IMG/VR virus record: IMGVR_UViG_3300028576_000001
Origin: a virus
DNA: 43,476 nt
Strand: one strand, 5' to 3'
The notes under the pieces were generated by a model. That model made no database searches and was not told the DNA's origin. It was given only the letters and a program-made list of their open reading frames with translations. Shown piece after piece: positions 23,552-32,596 of this stretch (position 1 is its first letter; the number at the start of each line of letters is the position of its first letter). Made by a program: the position numbers and the translations under genes.

Positions 23552-23952
23552 ATGAACATGCAAAAGTTGAACATTTCATTGAAGAAAGTTGTTGGAAAGA
23601 AATACAACAAGTTTTGGAAGTTCAAAGGCAGATACAGAATTGTAAAAGGTTCAAGAGCATCTAAAAAATCAAAGACTGCTGCATTATGGTATATAACTAA
23701 TATGATGAAATATCCTGATGCAAATACCTTGGTGATAAGAAAGACTTTCCGAACAATCAAGGATTCCTGTTTCACTGAATTGAAATGGGCAATCAACAGG
23801 TTGTGTGTTCAGGAATTTTGGAAAATCACTGAATCACCGCTTGAAATGACTTACATTCCCACAGGTCAGAAGATTTATTTCAGGGGTCTTGATGACCCAT
23901 TGAAAGTCACTTCTATCACTGTTGAAGTTGGTTGCCTGTGTTGGATGTGGAT
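23552..23952 (+). CDS. terL: Terminase large subunit, exon 1 (ATPase N-terminal part)
   Basis: Walker A VKGSRASKKSKT. ...GLDDPLKVTSI...CLCWMWI ends in the Walker B strand. The reading frame runs into the intron and stops at 23992. Start ATG is 23552 or 23558, after AAGGCGGTG. Confidence 0.85.
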
Positions 23953-24818
23953 TAACATTATCGGTTCACATCATAAAAATAAACTTCTCTAATTGCTGGA
24001 ACACCCTAACGTAAAGACGAGGGCAATCAGCAGCGAAGCTACTTGACAATAATAAATGGTTATGGTATCATATACTTACGAAATACAGGTAAGGACGGTG
24101 ATACCATGAAAGAAGTCTGGAAGGACATCAAGGGATATGAGGGCTTCTACCAAGTGAGCAATCAAGGATGTGTGAAGAGCCTTGGCGGTTGGTGCGGAAC
24201 TACTCTAAGGAAAGAGAAAATCCGCTCCACAAGCCTTACGCATGACGGATATGTGAAAGTAAGGCTGATACACCAAGGAAGAGACAAGACGGCGAGAGTT
24301 CACAGATTGGTAGCAGAGGCATTCGTTCCAAATCCTGAAAGCAAAAGCACAGTCAATCACAAAGATGGAAACAAACAGAACAACATTGTTGAAAATCTTG
24401 AATGGGTTGACAGGAAAGAACAAATGGTTCACGCTTACAAGATGGGATTAAAAACTTCAAGGCTTGGTTCTGAAAATTCCAATGCAAAACTTACCGATGA
24501 ACAAGTGAAAGAAATCCGAAAACTATATGTTCCACAAAGCAAAGAATTTGGAACGGTTGCACTTGGCAAAATATACGGTGTGACAAATAGGGTAATAGGA
24601 TTGATTATAAACGGTAAGGCTTATAAAAATGTCAAGTAGAACGTTCAACGACTATCGAAAGCAGAAAAGCATCCACAAGGGTGCTTTTTTTGTTAGTAGA
24701 GTAGGGTTCAAGCGAATCCGAAACGGGAGGCACACTTCTCCGGAAGTGCGAAGATATAGTCTGCTCTATATGGAAACATATAGAGGGCAAGCGGAAGCGG
24801 CTTGCCCGTAACACAATG
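23953..24818 (+). mobile_element. Group I intron (866 nt) interrupting terL and carrying an HNH homing-endonuclease ORF
   Basis: P1: exon ATGTGGAT (23945-23952) pairs with the intron guide GTTCACAT (23964-23971), with a U.G pair at the splice site. P10: TCG (23961-23963) pairs with exon-2 CGA (24819-24821). The intron ends in G at 24818. The conserved core element AAGATATAGTC is at 24751-24761. Perfect hairpins occur at 24763-24784 and 24787-24807. Splicing gives ...CWMW-I-EEAYEI... Confidence 0.85.
24106..24639 (+). CDS. Intron-encoded HNH homing endonuclease (NUMOD4 + HNH_3 type)
   Basis: EVWKDIKGYEGFYQVSNQGCVKSL (NUMOD4). RVHRLVAEAF...VNHKDGNKQNNIVENLEW (HNH). ATG 24106 follows AAGGACGGTGA. 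GC content looks locally higher than in the flanking sequence. Confidence 0.88.
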   Translation: MKEVWKDIKGYEGFYQVSNQGCVKSLGGWCGTTLRKEKIRSTSLTHDGYVKVRLIHQGRDKTARVHRLVAEAFVPNPESKSTVNHKDGNKQNNIVENLEWVDRKEQMVHAYKMGLKTSRLGSENSNAKLTDEQVKEIRKLYVPQSKEFGTVALGKIYGVTNRVIGLIINGKAYKNVK

Positions 24819-25671
24819 CGAAGAAGCATATGAAATCATGAAAGAATCTGATTTTGACATGCTTGATGAATCCATTCGTGGTGAAGTTCCAGAAGGCTTG
24901 TTCAAACAGATAACAATGACCTTCAACCCATGGAATGAACATCACTGGATAAAGAAGCGTTTCTTTGATGCACCCCCTGACCCTGATATTCTTGCACTGA
25001 CAACCAATTACATGTGCAATGAATGGTTGGATGCAGCGGATAGAAAGGTCTTTGAAACAATGAAGAAAAACAATCCCCGAAGGTACAGGGTTGCAGGTCT
25101 TGGTGACTGGGGAATTGTTGAGGGTCTTATATTTGAGAACTGGGAAGAAAAAGCCTTTAACCTGGAAGAAATCAAAAAGATACCTGGTATCAAGTCAGCT
25201 TTCGGTCTTGACTTTGGTTACACAAATGACCCTTCTGCACTATGGTGTGGAATGATTGACCTGCAAGGTAAAACCATCTATGTGTTTGATGAAATGTATA
25301 AAAAAGGTATGTCTAATGAAGCAATTGCAAAGGAAGTCACAAATATGGGATACCGAAAGGAACGAATCAGGGCAGATTCAGCAGAACCGAAGTCAATTGA
25401 CAGGTTGCGTGATATTGGTCTTTCAAACATCACTGCTGCAAGAAAAGGAAAAGACAGTGTGAATAATGGAATTGACTTTATCCAGGACTTCAAAATTATC
25501 ATTCACCCAAGGTGTGTAAACTTCATCACTGAAATAAGCAACTATACCTGGGATACAGATAAGTTTGGAAAGAAGTTGAACATCCCTATTGATGACTTTA
25601 ACCACTTGATGGATGCAATGAGATATGCCCTTGAAGAATTTGTCAAAGGGAAGTCTTTTTCTTTTGATTAG
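24819..25671 (+). CDS. terL: Terminase large subunit, exon 2 (remainder of the ATPase plus the nuclease domain)
   Basis: EEAYEI...TFNPW... then GLDFGYTNDPSA...DSAEPKSI...HLMDAMRYAL, the RNase-H-like nuclease motifs of PBSX-type terminases. Confidence 0.85.
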
Positions 25672-25690
25672 TAACATGATAGTAACAAAA
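25669..25690 (+). repeat. 22-nt element, copy E4
   Basis: TAGTAACATGATAGTAACAAAA. Its first TAG is the terL stop codon. Confidence 0.7.
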
Positions 25691-25756
25691 CACTTTGAAA
25701 ACATTGTATTTCTTGGTGTTATCATATATGAGGTAATGAAAGGGGGTGAATGAATC

Positions 25757-27241
25757 GTGTTTAACTTTTTTCAATCTGAAACTGAAAGAGTGAACAACAT
25801 CATCAGAATGGGTGCTGAAACAGTGATTACTGATGAACGGTTCATTGAACTTGAAATTCAGCGGTTCAAGGCAAGTCGAAGAAGAAAAGAAATGTTTGAT
25901 GGTGAAAGGTACTTTGCAGGTAACCATGACATCCTGAAAAGAAAAAGGACTGTTATTGGTGAAGGCGGTGAATTGACCGAAATTGACAACCTTCCAAACA
26001 ACAGGATTGTTGATAACCAGTACAAGAAGATGGTCAATCAAAAGACAAATTACCTGCTTGGTCAACCAATAGCAATCAGAACAGAAAATGAAATTTATGA
26101 TAAGCTTTTGAAGCAGATGTTCAATAAGCGTTTCATGCGTTTGTTGAAGAACCTGGGTAAGGATTCCTTGAATGAAGGCATTGGATGGTTGTTTGTTTAC
26201 TACAATGAACATGGTGAATTCGCCTTAAAGAAGTTCAAAGGATATGAAATCATTCCTGGTTGGGCAGATGCAGACCACACCATCCTTGATTATGCAATCA
26301 GGATATATGAAGTCATTGCTTATGAAGGTGACCAGGAAAAGACTATTGAAAAAGTTGAAGTCTATGATGAAAATGGAATTCATTACTTCACCCTGGAAGA
26401 TGGAAGGCTTGTTCCTGACAATCCCTTCTTTGCAAATTACTTCACCACCACTGACCATGAAGGCAATGACCAAGGATGGAACTGGTCAAGAATTCCGCTG
26501 ATTCCCTTCAAATACAACAGTGAGGAAATACCACTTATCAAGAATGTGAAATCTTTGCAGGATGGCTTGAATATTATCCTTTCCAACTTCCAAAACAATA
26601 TGGAAGAAGATGCAAGGAACACCATTCTTGTTTTAGTGAACTATGATGGTGAAAAACTTGGTGAATTCAGAAAGAACCTGGCAACCTATGGTGCTGTTAA
26701 GGTCAAGACCGTTGATGGTGCAGCAGGTGACCTGAAAACATTGCAGGTTGAAGTGAATGCTGAAAACTACAAGGCAATTATTGAGATATTCAAGAAAGCA
26801 ATTATTGAAAATGCAATGGGTTATGATGCAAAGGATGACAGACTTTCAGGTGAACCAAATCAGATGAATATTCAATCAATGTATTCTGATATTGACTTGG
26901 ATGCAAATGAAATGGAAACTGAATATCAAGCTGCATTTGAAGAATTACTTTGGTTTATCAATTGTCATTTTGCAAACACTGGTCTTGGTAACTTTGAGGA
27001 TGAACCAGTTGAAATTATATTCAATCGTGACATGTTGATGAATGAAGCAGAAGTCATTGAAAACATCAACAAATCAATTGGAATTCTTTCTGATGAAACC
27101 CTTGTATCACAGCATCCTTGGGTTGATGACCCACAAGCTGAACTGGAAAGGAAGAAAGCTGAAAAAGAAGCTGCAATGGCAGAATATCAGAATGCCTTCA
27201 AGCCTTACCCTGGTGAAGGTGGTGTTGTAGATGAAGAATAG
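25757..27241 (+). CDS. Portal protein (SPP1 gp6-like)
   Basis: 494 aa, directly after terL. GTG start after GAAAGGGGGTGA. The size, position and acidic C-terminus fit a portal protein. Confidence 0.8.
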   Translation: MFNFFQSETERVNNIIRMGAETVITDERFIELEIQRFKASRRRKEMFDGERYFAGNHDILKRKRTVIGEGGELTEIDNLPNNRIVDNQYKKMVNQKTNYLLGQPIAIRTENEIYDKLLKQMFNKRFMRLLKNLGKDSLNEGIGWLFVYYNEHGEFALKKFKGYEIIPGWADADHTILDYAIRIYEVIAYEGDQEKTIEKVEVYDENGIHYFTLEDGRLVPDNPFFANYFTTTDHEGNDQGWNWSRIPLIPFKYNSEEIPLIKNVKSLQDGLNIILSNFQNNMEEDARNTILVLVNYDGEKLGEFRKNLATYGAVKVKTVDGAAGDLKTLQVEVNAENYKAIIEIFKKAIIENAMGYDAKDDRLSGEPNQMNIQSMYSDIDLDANEMETEYQAAFEELLWFINCHFANTGLGNFEDEPVEIIFNRDMLMNEAEVIENINKSIGILSDETLVSQHPWVDDPQAELERKKAEKEAAMAEYQNAFKPYPGEGGVVDEE

Positions 27242-28255
27242 TGCATATTGGAAGCTGCGGTTTGAACAATTGGAAGCTGCATCACACAAGAATGCTATTT
27301 CTACATTTGAAACCATTCAGGAACAATACATTGCAGCGGAAAAAGAAATTGAAAGGCAGATTTCAACCTGGTATCAAAGATTTGCAAAGAATAATCAAAT
27401 CAGCATGGCAGAAGCAAGAAAGCTTTTAACATCAGGTGAACTTGCTGAATTCAAATGGGATGTCAAAGAGTTCATTAAGTATGGTGAACAAAATGCACTA
27501 AATCCTATTTGGATGAAAGAACTTGAAAATGCATCTGCAAGATTCCACATTTCCAGGCTTGAAGCTTTGAGAATTGAAACACAGCAGACAGTTGAAAGGC
27601 TGTTCGGTGGTCAGACTGATGAAGTTGACAAGCTGCTGAAAAAGAACTACTTGCAGAACTATTATCACACAGTGTATGAGGTTCAAAAGGGTTTCAACAT
27701 TGGATGGGATATTGCAGCAATTGATGACAGGACTGTTGAAAGGTTAATTTCAAAACCATGGGCAACAGATGCAAAGAATTTCAGTGAAAGGATATGGTCA
27801 AACAAGGCTTCCCTTATCAATGAAGTTCAGACACAGCTTACAAGGACAATCATGCTTGGAAAGTCACCTGATGATGCAATCAAAGCTATTGCAGCAAAGA
27901 TGAAGTCATCACAGGGGCAAGCAGGAAGGTTGGTGATGACAGAATCAGCTTATTTTTCTTCACAGTCACAGAAGGAAGCTTTCAATGCTTTGGATGTGGA
28001 AAAGTTTGAAATAGTGGCAACACTGGACAGCAGCACATCCGAAATATGCAGGGAACTTGATGGACATGTGGAAGAAATGAAGAACTATGAACCAGGGGTC
28101 ACTGCTCCACCATTCCACCCTTTTGCAGAACCACTACTGTACCATACTTTGACGATAATGACGGTGAAAGATTCGCCAGAAACAGTAGTGGTAAAGGTAT
28201 TTATATTCCGTCAAACATCACATATCATGAGTGGAAGAAGCAATTTATAAAATAA
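27231..28255 (+). CDS. Head morphogenesis protein (SPP1 gp7 / Mu F family), with a frame break at 28118-28124
   Basis: The 0 frame reads ...VTAPPFHPF then diverges. The -1 frame from 28124 reads CRTTTVPYFDDNDGERFARNSSGKGIYIPSNITYHEWKKQFIK*, which restores the family HPxCRC-type motif. See finding. Confidence 0.75.
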
Positions 28256-28299
28256 CCTGTGGTGTAGATTTACAACTATATGGGCATTATATGAGGTCA

Positions 28300-28384
28300 A
28301 AAAAATCCAGTTTTTACTGAAAAATTATGAAATGAACCCAAAGGGGTGATTGGTAGTAGTTTCTTTCAGTGAACTGGATTTTTT
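28300..28384. other. Long imperfect hairpin (13 + 8 bp stem, 41-nt apical region) in a ~225-nt gap inside the head operon
   Basis: AAAAAATCCAGTT (28300-28312) is the exact reverse complement of AACTGGATTTTTT (28372-28384). The inner pairing is TACTGAAA (28315-28322) with TTTCAGTG (28364-28371). A-runs and T-runs lie on both sides. Confidence 0.6.
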
Positions 28385-28482
28385 GATATATCGTCACTTT
28401 GGTATTTCTGACGAAAACTGAAAAGACAAATGATACTGGACTGAACCAGGTAAAAAATGAATTTGAAAGGATGGTCAAAACA

Positions 28483-29088
28483 ATGAAAAAAGAAGATTTG
28501 GTGAAATTAGGACTTGATGAAGAACTGGCAAAGAAGGTTGCTGATGCATCTGCGGAAGAACTGAAAGGCTTTATCCCAAAGGCAAGGTTTGATGAAGTCA
28601 ACACTGAAAAGAAGAACCTTGAAACCGCAAAGGCAACATTGGAAGGTCAGCTTGAACAGCTTAAAAATTCCACTGGTGATGTGGAATCCATGAAGAAGCA
28701 GATTGAAACCCTTCAAGCTGAAAACAAGAAGAAGGATGAAACACATGCTGCTGAAATAAAACAGTTGAAGCTTGACACTGCAATTGCTGCTGCCCTTACG
28801 GATGCGAAAGCAAAGAATGCAAAGGCAGTCAAAGCACTGCTTGACCTGGAAAATGCAGAATTACTTGATGATGGAACAGTCAAAGGTTTGGCTGACCAAA
28901 TTAAGAAGCTGCAAAGTTCAGAGGATTCCAAGTTCCTGTTTGACACCGAAAAGAAGAAGCAGACAATCAAGGGTGCAAAGCCTGGTGAATCAGGCAATGA
29001 AGAACCTGATGGCAAGGTTGACTTGAAAAACATGTCATATGATGAACTTTGTGCATACCTGGAAGCACACCCTGAAACCAAAATTTAA
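28483..29088 (+). CDS. Scaffolding protein
   Basis: Coiled-coil, Lys/Glu-rich: MKKEDLVKLGLDEELAKKVADASAEELKGFIPKARFDEVN... It lies immediately upstream of the capsid gene. The likely start is ATG 28483 (the track ORF starts at 28399). Confidence 0.8.
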   Translation: MKKEDLVKLGLDEELAKKVADASAEELKGFIPKARFDEVNTEKKNLETAKATLEGQLEQLKNSTGDVESMKKQIETLQAENKKKDETHAAEIKQLKLDTAIAAALTDAKAKNAKAVKALLDLENAELLDDGTVKGLADQIKKLQSSEDSKFLFDTEKKKQTIKGAKPGESGNEEPDGKVDLKNMSYDELCAYLEAHPETKI

Positions 29089-29112
29089 TTTTGAAAGGAT
29101 TAGGTGAAAATT

Positions 29113-30546
29113 ATGCCGAATACGAAATTCAACAACAAAAGCTTCAATGCGGAAGCTTTCAAGTACCTGGTTGGTAGAGTTCCCAACTTAAAAATGAACG
29201 AAATCAAGAAGTCAAAAGCACTGGTCAGCAATCCTGACATCAAGGATGTCTTTGCAAGTCAGGATGGTACTGCATATGCAAGACTTGCAATGCGTGGTCT
29301 TGCTGATGGTGATGCTGTCAACTATGATGGTCAGACTGACATCACTGCAACCACAACCAAGACCTTTGAACAGGGTGTTGTTGTGGTTGGTCGTGCCAAA
29401 GGATGGATTGAAAGAGATTTCAGCTATGATGTCACAGGCGGTGTTGACTTCATGGAAAATGTTGCACAGCAGATTGCAGGTTATAAGGATGGTCTTGACC
29501 AGGATACCTTGCTTGCAATTCTTGAAGGTATCTTCAAGATGACTGGCACAAAAAATGAAGAGTTTGTTACCAATCACACCCACAATGTCATTTCAACCAC
29601 AACTGGAAAGATGGCAGCGGAAACACTTAACACTGCGGTTCAGAAGGCTTGCGGTGACAACAAGAAGAAGTTCAGCCTTGTGTTCATGCACAGTGCGGTT
29701 GCAACCAATCTTGAAAACCTGAACCTTCTTGAACACCTGAAATACACTGACAAAGACGGTGTGACAAGAGAACTTGACCTTGGAACATGGAACGGAAAAC
29801 TGGTTGTCATTGATGATGCACTTCCCCATGTTGATGTTCCTGCGGTATCTGCTGCAAATGCTGTTCCTGGTGTTTACACTATCACAATCAAATCCCCTGG
29901 TGCTGCAATCGGTGACAAAATCAAAATTTGTGGTAAGGAATACACTTGTACTGATAATGGTTTAGGTGCTAATGAATTTGCAGACACCAGTTCCGCAACT
30001 ACTCTTGCAGGTGCATTGAAAACCTTACTTGCTGCCGAAACAGAAGGTGAAGCTACAAAATACACCTGGACAAATTCAGGCGGTGTCATTACTGCAACTG
30101 AAAAATCAGGTGGTGTTGGTGGTGTACCAGAAGTAATTGCAACCATGAAGGATGACGGTGGTATTTTGAGGGTAACACTTGCTACAACCACACTGGGCAA
30201 GCTTGCTGTTACCGCTGCTGATGCATACAGCTACTATGTGACTTATGTCCTTGGTGAAGGTGCAATCAGCTATGAGGATATTGGTGTGAAAGTTCCTTAT
30301 GAAATGGCAAGGGATGCTGCAACTAATGGTGGTCAGGATACCCTTTACATCAGACAAAGAAAGTGCTTTGCACCGTTTGGTCTTTCTTATGAAAAGGTCA
30401 ACCAGGCTTCACTTTCCCCGACTGATACGGAACTGAAAGACGGTGTAAACTGGTCACTTGTTCACAGCGGTGAAATTGCCGAAGGTGACAGAAGTTACAT
30501 CAACCACAGAGCAATTGCGATTGCAAGAATTCTGTCCAAAGGCTAA
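29113..30546 (+). CDS. Major capsid protein, with an internal ~115-aa insertion domain
   Basis: Position after the scaffold gene, and size. ATG 29113 follows GAAAGGATTAGGTGA. The Gly/Thr-rich insertion is roughly at 29863-30210. Confidence 0.8.
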   Translation: MPNTKFNNKSFNAEAFKYLVGRVPNLKMNEIKKSKALVSNPDIKDVFASQDGTAYARLAMRGLADGDAVNYDGQTDITATTTKTFEQGVVVVGRAKGWIERDFSYDVTGGVDFMENVAQQIAGYKDGLDQDTLLAILEGIFKMTGTKNEEFVTNHTHNVISTTTGKMAAETLNTAVQKACGDNKKKFSLVFMHSAVATNLENLNLLEHLKYTDKDGVTRELDLGTWNGKLVVIDDALPHVDVPAVSAANAVPGVYTITIKSPGAAIGDKIKICGKEYTCTDNGLGANEFADTSSATTLAGALKTLLAAETEGEATKYTWTNSGGVITATEKSGGVGGVPEVIATMKDDGGILRVTLATTTLGKLAVTAADAYSYYVTYVLGEGAISYEDIGVKVPYEMARDAATNGGQDTLYIRQRKCFAPFGLSYEKVNQASLSPTDTELKDGVNWSLVHSGEIAEGDRSYINHRAIAIARILSKG

Positions 30547-30565
30547 AAGAAAGGGGTGATAACCA

Positions 30566-31027
30566 ATGGCTGATATATCTGACAGACTGGAAGCTTTAAT
30601 TCAGACCATACAGAATGTATCAAGCCTTGGTGCATCCTTTGTTTATGATGTTGGGAAGCTGCTTGAATCATTCGGGTATGAACTTCAAGATGGAGATGAT
30701 TGGCTTCTTGGTTTCTGTATTCAGAAGGTAGAAAACAACATCAGAAATGAATGCAATGTTTCAAGTGTTCCTTGCGGATTGATGAAGGTTGCTTCACAGA
30801 TGGTTGTTGGTGAATTTTTATTTTCCAAGAAAGGGATTGGACAGTTACAGGGTTTGAATATCAACATTGATGCAGCAGTCAAACAAATTCAGGAAGGTGA
30901 CACCAGTGTGACCTTTGCCTTTGGCAATGGAAGCATGACACCTGAACAAAGACTGGATGTGTTGATTGCTTTCCTGATGCAAAATGGTAAAAGTCAATTT
31001 GTCCATTACAGGCGGTTAAGATGGTAA
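30566..31027 (+). CDS. Head-tail connector/adaptor protein (gp6/YqbG-like), putative
   Basis: Assigned from synteny (first gene after the capsid gene) and size. Confidence 0.5.
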   Translation: MADISDRLEALIQTIQNVSSLGASFVYDVGKLLESFGYELQDGDDWLLGFCIQKVENNIRNECNVSSVPCGLMKVASQMVVGEFLFSKKGIGQLQGLNINIDAAVKQIQEGDTSVTFAFGNGSMTPEQRLDVLIAFLMQNGKSQFVHYRRLRW

Positions 31028-31371
31028 GAAAAGCAATTGAAAGCCTGTACAAAGATAAATGTTCCATTGTGGAATACAGGTCATACAAGAAAGCAAACAA
31101 GTCCACTGGACAGAAAGAATTTACCGTTCTTGAAAATCAACCCTGTAAATTGTCCTTTTCCACTATCAAGAGCAACACAGAAACCGCAAGTGCTGAAATG
31201 GTTACACAGGTGGTGAAGTTATTTATTGCCCCTGAAATCGTAATAAAACCAGGTTCAAAGATTGTTGTTGAGCATCAAGGTAGGATAACTGAATATAAAA
31301 ACAGCGGTCAACCTGGGATATATCCTTCACACCAAGAAGTGGTTCTTGAATTGTTTGATGGGTGGTCATAA
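31021..31371 (+). CDS. Head-closure / head-tail joining protein, putative
   Basis: Assigned from synteny. ATGGTAA overlap with the upstream gene. Confidence 0.5.
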   Translation: MVRKAIESLYKDKCSIVEYRSYKKANKSTGQKEFTVLENQPCKLSFSTIKSNTETASAEMVTQVVKLFIAPEIVIKPGSKIVVEHQGRITEYKNSGQPGIYPSHQEVVLELFDGWS

Positions 31372-31940
31372 TGGCAAGAAGTGTGAAAGCTAACATCAAA
31401 GGTCTTGAACAGTTCAGGGATAAGTTAAAGCAGTTAAGTGATGAACAAATTCAAATCTTCATTGAACAGACTGCAAAGGAACTTGCTGCAAGGCTTCTTG
31501 CCAAAGTCATCAAAAGAACACCTGTTGGTAAATACGGAAAATCAATTATGCGTGATGAAACAGGTGAAGCTGTTCGATACAAAAGCGGAAAGAACAAAGG
31601 CAAGGTTAAAAGGCAAGTGGTCAAAAAAGGCGGTACATTGCGAAGGGGTTGGACATCCAAAACCGAAGCAGAAGCTGCAAACGGAAGCGGTAAAGGTACT
31701 GATGCAGTCATATATGCCAATTCACTTGCTATTAAGAAGATTGGTAGTGATTATGTCATTGAAGTCATCAATCCTGTTCATTATGCATCATATGTTGAAT
31801 TTGGTCACAGAACTGCAAATCACAAGGGGTGGGTTGAAGGAAAATTCATGCTGACTATTTCAGAACAAGAACTTGAAGCTGATGCACCAAGAGTAATTGA
31901 AAACAAATTGATTAAGTACCTGGGGGAAGTGTTCAAATGA
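31371..31940 (+). CDS. HK97 gp10-family tail-completion protein
   Basis: ...HYASYVEFGHRTANHKGWVEGKFML. TAATG overlap with the upstream gene. Confidence 0.65.
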   Translation: MARSVKANIKGLEQFRDKLKQLSDEQIQIFIEQTAKELAARLLAKVIKRTPVGKYGKSIMRDETGEAVRYKSGKNKGKVKRQVVKKGGTLRRGWTSKTEAEAANGSGKGTDAVIYANSLAIKKIGSDYVIEVINPVHYASYVEFGHRTANHKGWVEGKFMLTISEQELEADAPRVIENKLIKYLGEVFK

Positions 31941-32383
31941 TAAACAAAATTATTGATGGTATATGTGAAAAATTAAATGAATCATTTGGGGATGGGTATG
32001 AAATTTACACTGAATTGAAGAACCAGGGTTTGAAAGAACCCTGTTTTTCTGTTATGTGTGTGAATCCCATCAATAATCAGGTTATTGGAAACAGGTATTT
32101 CCGAAACAACTTATTTTCCATCCTGTACTTCCCTGCATCCAAAGAACCAAAAGCTGAATGTAATACGGTTCTTGAAAAGCTATATCTTGCATTGGAAATT
32201 ATCAAAATCAAGGAAACACTTCCTGATGAATCCATCAAGGAAAGCTTGGTCAGGGGTACAAACATGCGTGGTGAATTGGTGGATGGTGTTCTGAACTTCC
32301 TTGTGAACTTCAACTTGTTTGTTTATAAGGTTGAAGATGCAGACCTGATGGAAGAAGTAATTCAAAAATCGGATTTGAGATAA
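31937..32383 (+). CDS. Tail terminator / XkdJ-like protein, putative
   Basis: Assigned from synteny with the PBSX-type order. Confidence 0.45.
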   Translation: MINKIIDGICEKLNESFGDGYEIYTELKNQGLKEPCFSVMCVNPINNQVIGNRYFRNNLFSILYFPASKEPKAECNTVLEKLYLALEIIKIKETLPDESIKESLVRGTNMRGELVDGVLNFLVNFNLFVYKVEDADLMEEVIQKSDLR

Positions 32384-32400
32384 TGAAAGGATGGTGTGGA

Positions 32401-32595
32401 ATGGCAAAAGAAGTCAAAGAAACAAAGAAAGCTGATAATTTTGAAGTTAAGTTTTCAAAAAGTCAGTTGGTAGAATCGAAAAGGTTCAGCGGTCAAAAAG
32501 ATTTGCTGAACACTATCCTGGAAGATGGCAAGGAATATACACTTGATGAAGTTGTTTCCAGGGTTGAAAAATACATGAAAGGTAAGGTGAAATAA
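32401..32595 (+). CDS. Hypothetical small structural-module protein (64 aa)
   Basis: ATG 32401 follows GAAAGGATGGTG. Confidence 0.45.
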   Translation: MAKEVKETKKADNFEVKFSKSQLVESKRFSGQKDLLNTILEDGKEYTLDEVVSRVEKYMKGKVK

Positions 32596-32596
32596 T

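Noticed and set aside
23953-23992. C-terminal tail NIIGSHHKNKLL* of the 23522-23992 ORF, and the N-terminal extension 23522-23551
   Set aside because: The tail is read-through into the intron past the 5' splice site. The upstream extension lacks an RBS, whereas ATG 23552/23558 follows AAGGCGGTG.
24629-24926. Short ORFs 24629-24811 (+), 24632-24829 (-) and 24708-24926 (-) between the homing endonuclease and terL exon 2
   Set aside because: They lie in the structured 3' core of the group I intron, which contains AAGATATAGTC and perfect hairpins. The annotated start of ORF 24802 (MPVTQC) is intron sequence.
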